The notes: generated by a model not told the origin, from the letters alone. Shown: positions 18,491-28,928, counted from the first letter of the stretch. The stretch is 37,921 bases of DNA from a bacterium (GCA_036339875.1 JAYZAC010000046.1:1-37921), one strand, 5' to 3'. Made by a program: numbers and translations.

Positions 18491-19981
18491 ATGCGATACA
18501 TCAAACAATATTTAGACTACGTACTCATTGGATTATTTCTTGTGGGAGAGGGCTTTGCCTATGGAGCGACTAGTAGTGATGGTCGCCTATTGTTTGTTTT
18601 TCATTTGGTTTTTTTAATTCCAATATTAGGACGATATCTTCTGTATATTTTAGAAGAGGCGGAAAGGCAGAAAATTAGTCTACCGCAACAGCGAATTAGA
18701 GATCGAGCCAATTTTGATTTAGTGGTTAAGTCTCAGGTAATCAATGATCAAAATAAAAAACGATTATCACATTATTCAGCACTATTTTTACATCTAAAAA
18801 AACTAGCGACGACAAGAGATGAAGAGGAGCAAATTAAATTATTTTTAAGCCTTCTACAAAAGAATTTAGATTTCAGCAAGATTAGTTTTTTTGATCTTTC
18901 AGAAGAGGGGACTCATCTAGAGTTACGTTTTAGTACTGATATAGGTTTTTCAAATGGAGAATTGTTAAAAATACCATTAAATGAGGATTCTTTACTTGGA
19001 TATGCTGCGGCTAATTGTGAGGGCTTGCAAGCTGATTCCATAATTCAAAATATAAAAATTGCTCATTTAAGCTCTGAAGATCCAATCAAGATGAAAATAT
19101 GTATGCCAATTATGTTTAATGATAAGTTAATTGGGTTGGTTAATATTGGTGAAACTAAGAAATCAGAGCTCAGTCGAGACGAGCAAAACTTCTTATCAAC
19201 TCTTTGCACTTTATTGGGTTTATCCATTAATAATGCTCGCAATTTCCGTGTTATTGAAGATGATCTTGCAGATAGTGAACGTTTAATTCTTCAAAAGAGT
19301 AAAGTTAACGAAAGAATCAAATTAATTTTTAGTAAGTTTACTTCACCAAATGTGGTAAATGCCCTGGTGGAAAATCAGCAGGAAGTATTACTGGGCGGTG
19401 AAAATAAGAAAATCTCTTTGATGTTTTGCGATATTAGATCTTTTACTACTTACTGTGAAGAAAGATCACCTGCTGAAGTAGTAGAAATCCTTAATGAATA
19501 TCTAACGAGGATGTCCGAAATAATAATTCGGTATCACGGAACCTTGGATAAGTACATTGGAGATGAAATAATGTCTTTTTGGGGAGCTCCTCTTGAACAG
19601 CCAAATCATGCAAAATTAGCGGTTCAGGCAGGCTTCGAGATGTTAATGGAATTGAAAAAATTAACGTTAAAATGGGAAAAAGAAGGAAAAAAGCCATTTG
19701 GTGTAGGAATAGGAATCAACACAGGAGAGGTAATTGTTGGTAATATTGGGTCAGCAATTAGAATGGATTACACTGTAGTAGGCGATCCTGTCAATCTTGC
19801 AGCTAGAGTGGAAGCATTAACTCGAAAGTTTAATTCAGATTTTTTGATCACAGAAACGACATATCAGTTAGTGAAGGATATTGTGCAAGCCAGAAAGATA
19901 GGTGCACTTCAGGTAAAAGGCAAAAAGGAACCATCGATGATCTACAGTGTTGAGCGTGTAGACTTAAAGCCGCTTGAATAG
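18491..19981 (+). CDS. Class III adenylate cyclase with N-terminal membrane anchor and GAF domain
   Basis: MFCDIRSFT, LDKYIGD (ATP-specifying Lys), GIGINTG, DYTVVGDPVNLAARVE. GAF motif ICMPIMFNDKLIGLVNIG. Two N-terminal hydrophobic segments. Confidence 0.9.
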   Translation: MRYIKQYLDYVLIGLFLVGEGFAYGATSSDGRLLFVFHLVFLIPILGRYLLYILEEAERQKISLPQQRIRDRANFDLVVKSQVINDQNKKRLSHYSALFLHLKKLATTRDEEEQIKLFLSLLQKNLDFSKISFFDLSEEGTHLELRFSTDIGFSNGELLKIPLNEDSLLGYAAANCEGLQADSIIQNIKIAHLSSEDPIKMKICMPIMFNDKLIGLVNIGETKKSELSRDEQNFLSTLCTLLGLSINNARNFRVIEDDLADSERLILQKSKVNERIKLIFSKFTSPNVVNALVENQQEVLLGGENKKISLMFCDIRSFTTYCEERSPAEVVEILNEYLTRMSEIIIRYHGTLDKYIGDEIMSFWGAPLEQPNHAKLAVQAGFEMLMELKKLTLKWEKEGKKPFGVGIGINTGEVIVGNIGSAIRMDYTVVGDPVNLAARVEALTRKFNSDFLITETTYQLVKDIVQARKIGALQVKGKKEPSMIYSVERVDLKPLE

Positions 19982-20105
19982 ATAGAAATTGTATTAATTA
20001 TGTATTTATTGAAGAGAAATATAAAACGTTTCGACAACTTAGTGTCAGTTATCTTTACTAATAGGACAGTGCAATGCATCTATCTTGTTTTATCAGGCGA
20101 TACTA

Positions 20106-23100
20106 ATGAATAGATTGAATCTTAAGAAGTTTTTTTTGACTGCCACGTTGGTACTTTTGGCAGTTTTTGGTTTAAGAGCTGCAGTACAATACCAAAACCT
20201 TAGTAATGCTACAGATCCAATCTTTGACATAAGTCAAAAGAATGGTCCTGCAAATTCTGTATTTGCTACTTGGGGTGATTATGACTTAGATGGTGATGAG
20301 GACCTTTATGTGGTCAATAACGGCTCACCCAATCATTTATATCGAAATAATACTTGTTCTTATGACTTACCTTGTGAATCCGTAAGTCCAACCATTGCGG
20401 CCACTCATCCGACTAGCTTCACTAAAATGACGAGTGCTGAACATCCTGGACTAGCGGTTTTGCGAGATGGAGTCTCAGCTTCTCGATTTGCTCATTGGAT
20501 CGATTATGATCAAGATGGCGATTTAGATTTATACCTAGTAAATGATGGAATGAATCGTTTATTTATCAATGAGCTATTTGATCCCGCAAAGCCTTATGAC
20601 CCTTTTTCTCGTTTTAAGGTTAAAGCTCAAGCTGTTCATTTAAATAAATTTTCTTACAAGGCTCATCCTGAAATTAAATTGGCTATGGGTTCTGAGGATT
20701 TTATGCAAATTGTAACAACCGTTACAATTCCCTCTACAATAAATTATCCAAGCCCTGGTACACCCGATATTTTACAAGACACTACAATTGATTTTTTGCA
20801 GATAAATCCGAAAGTCGTTCCTGGTATGTATTTGGAAATTTCTCAAGCGGCGGATCCTCAATTAGTGGGGCGTATTTATACAATACTTGAGGTACTTGGG
20901 ACTAATCAATTGCGATTAGATTACGAGCAAGATATTCAAGCTATTTTTCAATATCGTATATTGAGGGATACTAAAGCCGATCTAATCAATACGGAACGCT
21001 TTATTAATGAGTTCCAAACAGAAGGTACTGTTATATCAAATTCGCTGGTCTATGAGTATTCTGGCGACGATGCAAATTTTAGTCTGGTGGCGAGACAGAT
21101 TTCAGATGGCGATCAGGTAATATTGAATTCTACTGATAATAGTGCGATAAAAACCTTATCTACACTAATTCAGGTTGATCCTCGAAGCTTTACCGTATCT
21201 CCCCCCACAGAGATAAATGGTCAGCCTTTAGTACAAGGATTCGAGATGAATGTTCGCCGTCGAGGTGGTGAGATTCTTGTTCAAAAAATTATTACCGATC
21301 GAAGAGTTGGGTTTCCAATTCAAACTATTACTCCAGGAGATGAAATAGAAGTAGTGTCGGGAGTCAATAAAGGTAGTCGCTATGTTATTGATGAACTTTT
21401 TGGACAGGATATAATCTTTTTAAAGTCTGATGCAGGTAGCACCCCGATTACTGCCACAAATGAAGAGTTTGAGTATGAAATAATTTATAATGGAATCAAC
21501 TCTACAACTCGCAGAATTATGACAGATGGCGGAGCTAGTTTTGGAATTCCTGCTTACCGTATTGAGGCATTTAATGATTCTTTTACTCGCCAAACCAAAG
21601 TGGGAGATTACATCATAATCGACCCAGATATGAATGTTGCTGTTTTTGGGGAGGCGAATGCTGGTCAAAGTGCTCAAACGGCTTTGGGGGTTCGTACTAC
21701 TTTTGATGATGGTACAGCGAGACCACCTGGTATTTTACAAGTGAAGGAGATTTTAGATCCGGGACAGATTGTAGATGCAAACAGTCCGGGGACGAAGCGA
21801 ATTGTTGTAGATGCTTTCCCATCCGAGGTTATTACCGGGTATAGTAACGAAAATTTTCCGTATCAAATTCGGCATAGATTCGGCCAATTGCAGTTGGACG
21901 CTATTAGCGGCGAACTGAAATTTTTTATAGAAGCCGCTCCAAATGGGCCTGTAACACCAAGAGATTTTAATCAAAGTTTGGGGATGAATTTGTTTCCTAA
22001 CAGTCCGAATAATCCAGCTATTATAATTACAGATGCTCTTCCAAATGCAATTGGTAATCAAGGAGTGACTTTAAGACCGGATGCATTTAAAGGTTCAGCA
22101 GTTGATGGCTATGTTCGAACCAAAATAGAATTATCCGAAGCTGTAGACCCAGCGGCATTTACAACAACAACAGGATTAGAATATAGACCAGTTTACTATT
22201 CATTAGGGACTCAAAATCCGTATGTAAATCCTAGAGTACTGCGGGTTTTCTCACAGCAGTTACCTCCTGGTGTCACATCGGGGCATTTCTTAGTATTGAG
22301 AGGATTTATTGATAACAATGCTTTTGAGATTCGTTTGAATAAAATTGTTCGAATTCTAGAAGCTCAACAAGGGGCAGGTGTAGTCGATTTATTTTTGGCT
22401 GAGGATATGCCCGATGAGCTGCTTTTGAGTTTTACAGAATTGTGTACTAATTCCGATCAATGTGATGATACTGATGGTGCTACCGAGTCTCAGGATAACT
22501 TTTTTACGGCACCCGAAAACCAGTTGTCTGTTCGCTATGAATTTGTAGTGACTAATGCCTTGGATGCTGGCGTACAATTAGATCTTAAAGTTGAGGGCGA
22601 AGTTAGTATGGCAACTCAGGGCCTTCAATACAATTTATTGAGTCTTGCAGCTGGCGATAGTTTGGAATATAAGGATCCGCTGACGGGTTCAATAAGATCC
22701 TCGGAAATTGCAACTTTTAGTACGGGGACGATAGCTGTATTAACAAACGTGGATGCCTTAACCGCACCTTTCAATACAAACATTCCTGCTGGTGTAACTG
22801 GGTTCAAGCCAATTTATCGAGGATTACTAACAGACTTTCGAACAATTACCAGTTCTAACCCAATGATGAATTTTACATCGATTGCCCATCCCCTAGACAA
22901 AATTTCATTTTTTTCAGTACTGCCTAACCAAGGATTATCATTGGTTGCGAGGGTTCCGATTGGTACAGTAACTTCTACTTTTATTCAATTAAAAAGACGT
23001 TTAACACTTGATCCATCTTTACAATCTTTTAGTCCTGAGGATTTTCAAACTAATCCATTTTATTTTCGAGTTACACGATCTTCTGGAAATGTTTCTGTTA

Positions 23101-26100
23101 GAGGTGCTTTCAAGGACTCCCGTCAAGGCTTGGACTTTACTCGAAACTTAAGTCTAAATCCTGATGGAACGTTACGAGGTAAGGTACTACTTGATCTTTA
23201 CAGAACCTCTACTAAGGTTACTGATCCGCTCTACAAACGATTTACACTTTCAGATTTGTTGTCAATTAATCGTATAGGTCTGGAGTCTGGAGCTGTGGAT
23301 CAAGCCAATGATATTTTCAATAACTATTTCTATGAAATAAATCAACTTATTCGGGATCAGGGTGGAATTATTGAAAATCACACCGGTAACGGACGAAAAG
23401 TTGAGTTTGCAGATTGGAACAATGATGGATTGAAAGATATTTATATTTTAAATAGTGCCGATAATGCTGCAGATTTAAATAGTAATGATCCGCAAACTAC
23501 AGCTTTAGATCAGAATTCATCTCAAATGTATTACGGATCGACAATGTCTGGCATCAGCACGGGTATGAAATTTATATTACCTGAAGTTTCTCCAGCTGAT
23601 AATGAAAATGATTTGCGTAATCTTCGAACCTTGATTACAGATCTTGGAAATCCTCTGGAGCCTCGAGCAGTTTTGAATTCAGACTTAAATGATGATTTAG
23701 AACCTGATCTTCTAATACTCAATGTTGATGAACCTGATAAACTTTTGTTAAGTGGGGTTACAGAAGGAGCAATAAATCGTGAGCTCAACTCTAAACCTGA
23801 AAACGGATTGCTGGTGGCTCCAATTTTTGCGGAGAATGATGTTTTAATTGGTGACGTAAATCAAGATGGTACGCAGGATATTTATTATCTTGTGGGTCGT
23901 GATCCTAGTCCCGTATCCGCTGCTCAAGCAGGTGGATCGACAATAACATCTAATGTTTTATTCTTAACTAGTGAAACAGTTGGAGATGCTGAACCTATTT
24001 TTCAACAACGAGCTTTGCCAATACTAGACCCTAATGTTGCTCGCATGGAGGGCGGATATAGTTTGTCTGGTGCTATTCTTGACTATAACAATGATGGATA
24101 TGCAGACATTAATGTTATGAACAATGACTTAATATATCTTGCTGAAATGAAATTTGCAGGAACAAATACTATTGGTAATTCCGATATTACGATTCCGGCG
24201 ATTTGTGGGCCTAGTGGACCAGGTTATAATCGACACATAGCTTGGACTGATGCCAACATGGATGGATGGCCTGATTACTACGTATCTAGAGCTTCTGATG
24301 TCGGCGAAACCAATGCACTGTGTATAGCTATACCAGATCAAGCAGACCTGGATAACAATAATTACTTTGTAGTAGATTTATACCCTAGAAATTTAAGCGG
24401 TAGAGTTGATAAGAGAGTAAAATTAGCTCGAATTACAATGTTGTATGTGGATCAATCTCTTCAGCTTAAAACAGTGAATCAAAGTTTTGAGTACAACTAT
24501 CCCTATCCAACTGCAGTTAAATTTTCTTCTGGTCCAATTCAAAAAGCAACCTTTATAGTTGATTGGTCTGATCAGCATCGATTTAATTATGGAGAGTTTT
24601 CCAGTACTAATATCTCGGGTTCTCGTATTAGGCTTGAACAACCAGGTGATTTTTATATTACCAACAATAAAGGTATCACTTCCGTTCAATCTTCTCCTTT
24701 AAGTACTATTCAGACCATCGTTGGTCCGCAAACGACAAATATTGAAGCTACAGGTTTTACGATAATGGCTGGGAGACGAGAGCCGGTTTTATTGGAAAAT
24801 TTAAGTGTATTTTTTAGTGGTGGTCTAATCTTTGAAAATACGAGAGATGTTTCGACAAATTTCATACCGAATGGTTCTATTAAATTATACCTAGACGCTT
24901 CTGAAATAGATCAAAATAGCGATAATTTTAAAGCATTTACTCCTGATGGTAGATTCAATATAAATCATGATGTAGAGGTTGCCTCAGGTCCATTATTAGT
25001 ATATTCCGCTTCAGGGGGACCGGTTCAACCTAATCAGCAAGAGAATGTGATTGTTTACAACGATATATTGAATAATGATGGAACTCCACAATTGGGTGAT
25101 TCGGTTAAAGTGGGAGCATTTTTCGAAAATCTCAGCTATCGATCAAGAGATGGTTCTTCGATCACAAGTTTTATTTTGAATCCTTCATTAGATTCAGATC
25201 TACCGGATCGTCTTAGTTTTATTGTTGTGTATACGGTTGATATTCGTCAAGATAGTGAATTTGCGAATCCAAATACGAAGTTGCAAGTTCTTCCTTACAT
25301 TCCCAAAAGGATATACCAAGGGTCAATAAATTTACTTGAACAAGCTGTTGCAGGCACTGATTCTATTCTCAATAATCCCTTTGAACAGAGTTTTGAGCTT
25401 CAATTAAGAGGCCAGAATTCATCTCAGCTAAATCGAGGGATTTTACTGGATGAAACTTCTCTAGGTAGTAATGATATGACTGTCTTTTCGACTTTTCCAT
25501 TTAGCAACTTACCTATAGTTTCCTCAAACTTGGTTGGGCGGATCGGTAAAGTAGATCAGTTAGCACCCATCAAGCCAGTTTTAGATCCAAATGTGATAAC
25601 TTCTTTGAAAGAAACCTCTGTTCTATTATTCGGAACAGCTGAGCCCCTTACCACTATTCAAATTAGTAATCTGACAGCAGGCACAGAGCCCATTTTCGCA
25701 GATGTACTTGCTGATGGGACATGGCAAATTCTACTTACTAATATGGCGGAAGGTAATAATCAAATTGCGTTAATTAGTGTAGATTTTTTTGGAAATGAAT
25801 CACTAGAAACGCTAACAAATATTGCTGTTGATTTGACGCCTCCAGATATTAGCGAGGAGATTGCGACTAATATTGGCATAGCCAAAGCAACAATTACATG
25901 GAAAACCGATGAGTCAGCGGTAGGTACAATCTATATCACTTCACCATTGATGCCATCGATCGAACAAACATTTCAAGCTGAGAATCAGTTTCTATTTGTC
26001 AATGAGCACTCAATAACGCTAGGCGAGTCGAATAATATGTATCTGAGTCTAGACTTCAACACTGTACCACCTTCCGTACCAACGCCGGGTCAGTGTCAAG

Positions 26101-28916
26101 GGAATTCACCAGGGACTGGACAACCTCAGTTAACAGCATTGTGTCCCGATACGACATACCACGTAAGTATTGAAGTAAGAGATAGTCTTGGAAATGTGCG
26201 TCGCAGGAATAATCTTATAACTTTTACAACGCTTCAAACATCACAAGTATTGAAGGATTTGGACAGTGATGGAATACCAGATCAGGATACCGATGGCGAT
26301 GGCATTCCAGACAGAATCGAATCTGATTTCGAACGTTTTCCAGATCTCGATATGTTCGATAACAATGATGCATTACTTGATTTTGATGAGGATGGTGTTA
26401 ATAACGTCGAAGAATTTAGTAGTGGGTTTGATATGTATAACCCTTTTGATGTACTACCAATTGCGAATGCAGGTATAGATCGAACGGTGGATCCCGGAAT
26501 CATAATACTAGATTCTTCTGATTCTAATCAGAATGGTATCTCTACTAACAATTTGAGTTTTAGATGGGTCATGGAATCGGCTCCTAACCAAAAACCTGAG
26601 GCATCGCCACCTTCTCCTCCAGAGATAGATAATTCTAACGCTCAGCGAACTTACTTTACTGCCCGTAAAGCAGGTACATATACAGTTAGCTTGCAAATAC
26701 TGACCTTCCAGGGTGCCGAATCTAAGAAAGATACTGTGAATTACTTTGTGCGCAACATTTCACCTGTAGCAAATGCTGGACCTGACTCCATAGGTCAGAT
26801 ATCGCAAGATATAGTGCTGGATGGTAGAAGTTCCTCAGACAGTAATGGCGATGCATTGACTTACAGATGGATTCAGCTTCAGGGTCCAATATTATCGAGT
26901 CTTGGAGATGAGTTTGGTGTCGAAGATGAAAATAGTGCCCGCACAACCTTTAGAACAAATCGTACGGGGAAATATGTTTTCGAACTAGTTGTCAGAGATT
27001 CATTCAGTGCCTTGAGTAGAGACCGAGTAACTGTTCTGGTTAATTCCGCGGTAGATGTTTTTCCAATTGCCGATGCAGGTGAGGATTTTGTTGGAACTCA
27101 GGGTAATACTGTAACTTTACAGGGAGATCGATCAGGTGGAATTAATTCCTCTTCCGTTTTGGAATACGAATGGGAACTTATAACTACTGTAACTCAAGAT
27201 GTTCCCGAGGAGTGTGAGAACTTTAGAACAACAAATGTTACTGCCGTATCAACAACAGCTAGTACCCTTAAAAATCCAAGAATTGTAATTACTGAACCTG
27301 GAATCTATGCGTTCATGCTTACAGTAAAAGAACAAGGCAAAGGGCTAGAGAGTGCACCGGATTGTTTTAAAGTAATTATTAACAAAGATGATGAGCCACT
27401 TCCGATATCAAGACCTGAGATATTTGGTGAGCCTGTAAGGGTTTCTGACAGGTTAGCGGGTATCGTAAGTCAAGTTAGCCCCTCACTTGCAAAGGAAGCA
27501 GATGAAGCTATATCAGTCTACAGAGTTCCAATAAACTATGAGGTACAGCTAAGTGGTTTGGATTCATACCCCAGTCATGATGTGATAGCTTCAAAAACGG
27601 CCGGTAGTAATGCGATTACTCAACTTAATGCGGATCAAAATTGTATAGATCAATCGACAGTCTACAGTTGGAGACAAATCACGGGTGATAAAATAAGTTT
27701 AAGTCCCGAGGTGCCCGATTGTTCAGTCGTTAAATTCACTCCTATTCATGTAGGCATTTACACATTCGGTTTGAAAGTTCGTAATGATTTAGATGGTCAA
27801 ATTGTTGAGGGTCTAGAGCGTACCATTGTCATTATAGCGAATGATAATTTTGATGAAGAAGACAACACTCTGATCGGTGGAATAGAAAACGATTTTATTC
27901 CAAATATTTTTGCTCCAGAAAGTGTAGTAATAACAATGGGTTCAAATTTAACGTTACCGAGTCCTACTTGTATGGATCAAGATTTAATGGCAAGTGCGTC
28001 AACAGTAGCAGAGCCTTTCGCGCCTAACAATATACCAATTAATGAGTTACAGTCCTGTGCATCGACGCCCCCACTTACCTGCGTTTGGAGTCAAATCAAT
28101 GGACCCACTCTTAATATCGAAAACCCAAACGTTTGTACGCCAAAATTTCTTGATGTTCAAGAGGGTACCTACACCGTTTCGGTAAGAGCGTTTGATGGAG
28201 AATTCTACAGTTTATCATCGCAGACTACTTTTGTCGCAGTAGGAGTTGGTAAAGCAGTTCCTCAAGCTCATGCTGGTACAGACCGAGTAGGAACGATTGA
28301 CCAATCTGTATTTTTAGATGGTAGCCTATCAATTGCAGGTACAAATCAATTTGACTATTTATGGAAACAGGTGGGTGGAATGCCTGTAGCACTTTTGGAA
28401 TCAAGAACTGTTAGCCCCAGATTCGTCCCTCCCGCTCAGGACACATATTCTTTTCAATTACAGGTTCAGAACAACAGTGGTATTCGATCATTACCTGATC
28501 TTGTTGATGTTTTTGTTCCCAGCACTTCTATTTCAAATGTGAATCAGAATGAAAATCTGCAAGGTAATGGCACCAGTAGTGATCCTATCGTTCAAGGACA
28601 GGTTTTTGAGCAACAAGGTGGAGGTGGGGGTGGAGGATGTTTCATTGCAACTGCTACGTCTGGTGATAAAAATTCATCTCTGGTTAATAGGTATACATTA
28701 ATTCGAGATCATTTTTTGGTAAATTTTGAGTTAGGCCGATTATTTATTCAATACTACTACCATTATTCACCACCTATCGCAAATTGGATTGAGAATAGTG
28801 TATTACTCAGAATTTTATTCGGATTTATACTTTATCCATTAGCATTTATTATGGAACTATCTTTGATGATACTTTTGCTATTAGGTGGATTTGTATGTTT
28901 TCGTCGTAGGTTCTGA
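20106..28916 (+). CDS. Giant surface adhesin-like protein: FG-GAP/VCBS propeller, ASPIC-UnbV-like domain, Ig/FN3, Ca-binding DxDxDG repeats, PKD-like repeats and CFI-box-CTERM anchor
   Basis: Signal peptide; seven D[YWLVA][DN]xDGxxD[LIY]-type repeats; DLDSDGIPD/DTDGDGIPD; about six PxAxAGxD-type PKD repeats with W-x-Q-x-x-G; C-terminal GGGGGGGCFIATA...RD...GR.F..YY..SPP, TM and RRRF. Confidence 0.85.
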   Translation: MNRLNLKKFFLTATLVLLAVFGLRAAVQYQNLSNATDPIFDISQKNGPANSVFATWGDYDLDGDEDLYVVNNGSPNHLYRNNTCSYDLPCESVSPTIAATHPTSFTKMTSAEHPGLAVLRDGVSASRFAHWIDYDQDGDLDLYLVNDGMNRLFINELFDPAKPYDPFSRFKVKAQAVHLNKFSYKAHPEIKLAMGSEDFMQIVTTVTIPSTINYPSPGTPDILQDTTIDFLQINPKVVPGMYLEISQAADPQLVGRIYTILEVLGTNQLRLDYEQDIQAIFQYRILRDTKADLINTERFINEFQTEGTVISNSLVYEYSGDDANFSLVARQISDGDQVILNSTDNSAIKTLSTLIQVDPRSFTVSPPTEINGQPLVQGFEMNVRRRGGEILVQKIITDRRVGFPIQTITPGDEIEVVSGVNKGSRYVIDELFGQDIIFLKSDAGSTPITATNEEFEYEIIYNGINSTTRRIMTDGGASFGIPAYRIEAFNDSFTRQTKVGDYIIIDPDMNVAVFGEANAGQSAQTALGVRTTFDDGTARPPGILQVKEILDPGQIVDANSPGTKRIVVDAFPSEVITGYSNENFPYQIRHRFGQLQLDAISGELKFFIEAAPNGPVTPRDFNQSLGMNLFPNSPNNPAIIITDALPNAIGNQGVTLRPDAFKGSAVDGYVRTKIELSEAVDPAAFTTTTGLEYRPVYYSLGTQNPYVNPRVLRVFSQQLPPGVTSGHFLVLRGFIDNNAFEIRLNKIVRILEAQQGAGVVDLFLAEDMPDELLLSFTELCTNSDQCDDTDGATESQDNFFTAPENQLSVRYEFVVTNALDAGVQLDLKVEGEVSMATQGLQYNLLSLAAGDSLEYKDPLTGSIRSSEIATFSTGTIAVLTNVDALTAPFNTNIPAGVTGFKPIYRGLLTDFRTITSSNPMMNFTSIAHPLDKISFFSVLPNQGLSLVARVPIGTVTSTFIQLKRRLTLDPSLQSFSPEDFQTNPFYFRVTRSSGNVSVRGAFKDSRQGLDFTRNLSLNPDGTLRGKVLLDLYRTSTKVTDPLYKRFTLSDLLSINRIGLESGAVDQANDIFNNYFYEINQLIRDQGGIIENHTGNGRKVEFADWNNDGLKDIYILNSADNAADLNSNDPQTTALDQNSSQMYYGSTMSGISTGMKFILPEVSPADNENDLRNLRTLITDLGNPLEPRAVLNSDLNDDLEPDLLILNVDEPDKLLLSGVTEGAINRELNSKPENGLLVAPIFAENDVLIGDVNQDGTQDIYYLVGRDPSPVSAAQAGGSTITSNVLFLTSETVGDAEPIFQQRALPILDPNVARMEGGYSLSGAILDYNNDGYADINVMNNDLIYLAEMKFAGTNTIGNSDITIPAICGPSGPGYNRHIAWTDANMDGWPDYYVSRASDVGETNALCIAIPDQADLDNNNYFVVDLYPRNLSGRVDKRVKLARITMLYVDQSLQLKTVNQSFEYNYPYPTAVKFSSGPIQKATFIVDWSDQHRFNYGEFSSTNISGSRIRLEQPGDFYITNNKGITSVQSSPLSTIQTIVGPQTTNIEATGFTIMAGRREPVLLENLSVFFSGGLIFENTRDVSTNFIPNGSIKLYLDASEIDQNSDNFKAFTPDGRFNINHDVEVASGPLLVYSASGGPVQPNQQENVIVYNDILNNDGTPQLGDSVKVGAFFENLSYRSRDGSSITSFILNPSLDSDLPDRLSFIVVYTVDIRQDSEFANPNTKLQVLPYIPKRIYQGSINLLEQAVAGTDSILNNPFEQSFELQLRGQNSSQLNRGILLDETSLGSNDMTVFSTFPFSNLPIVSSNLVGRIGKVDQLAPIKPVLDPNVITSLKETSVLLFGTAEPLTTIQISNLTAGTEPIFADVLADGTWQILLTNMAEGNNQIALISVDFFGNESLETLTNIAVDLTPPDISEEIATNIGIAKATITWKTDESAVGTIYITSPLMPSIEQTFQAENQFLFVNEHSITLGESNNMYLSLDFNTVPPSVPTPGQCQGNSPGTGQPQLTALCPDTTYHVSIEVRDSLGNVRRRNNLITFTTLQTSQVLKDLDSDGIPDQDTDGDGIPDRIESDFERFPDLDMFDNNDALLDFDEDGVNNVEEFSSGFDMYNPFDVLPIANAGIDRTVDPGIIILDSSDSNQNGISTNNLSFRWVMESAPNQKPEASPPSPPEIDNSNAQRTYFTARKAGTYTVSLQILTFQGAESKKDTVNYFVRNISPVANAGPDSIGQISQDIVLDGRSSSDSNGDALTYRWIQLQGPILSSLGDEFGVEDENSARTTFRTNRTGKYVFELVVRDSFSALSRDRVTVLVNSAVDVFPIADAGEDFVGTQGNTVTLQGDRSGGINSSSVLEYEWELITTVTQDVPEECENFRTTNVTAVSTTASTLKNPRIVITEPGIYAFMLTVKEQGKGLESAPDCFKVIINKDDEPLPISRPEIFGEPVRVSDRLAGIVSQVSPSLAKEADEAISVYRVPINYEVQLSGLDSYPSHDVIASKTAGSNAITQLNADQNCIDQSTVYSWRQITGDKISLSPEVPDCSVVKFTPIHVGIYTFGLKVRNDLDGQIVEGLERTIVIIANDNFDEEDNTLIGGIENDFIPNIFAPESVVITMGSNLTLPSPTCMDQDLMASASTVAEPFAPNNIPINELQSCASTPPLTCVWSQINGPTLNIENPNVCTPKFLDVQEGTYTVSVRAFDGEFYSLSSQTTFVAVGVGKAVPQAHAGTDRVGTIDQSVFLDGSLSIAGTNQFDYLWKQVGGMPVALLESRTVSPRFVPPAQDTYSFQLQVQNNSGIRSLPDLVDVFVPSTSISNVNQNENLQGNGTSSDPIVQGQVFEQQGGGGGGGCFIATATSGDKNSSLVNRYTLIRDHFLVNFELGRLFIQYYYHYSPPIANWIENSVLLRILFGFILYPLAFIMELSLMILLLLGGFVCFRRRF

Positions 28917-28928
28917 TCTTGCTAGCAC

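Noticed and set aside
19982..20105. CRP/cAMP box upstream of the adhesin (GACA...TGTC dyad near 20033-20046)
   Set aside because: It does not match TGTGA-N6-TCACA and a 4-bp dyad is expected by chance.
21420..26946. Many 60-102 aa antisense or alternate-frame ORFs inside the giant gene
   Set aside because: They are shadow ORFs with no recognisable motifs inside a well-supported CDS. The same applies to the short ORFs inside gmhB, the protease, rqcH, the rib genes and the MBOAT.
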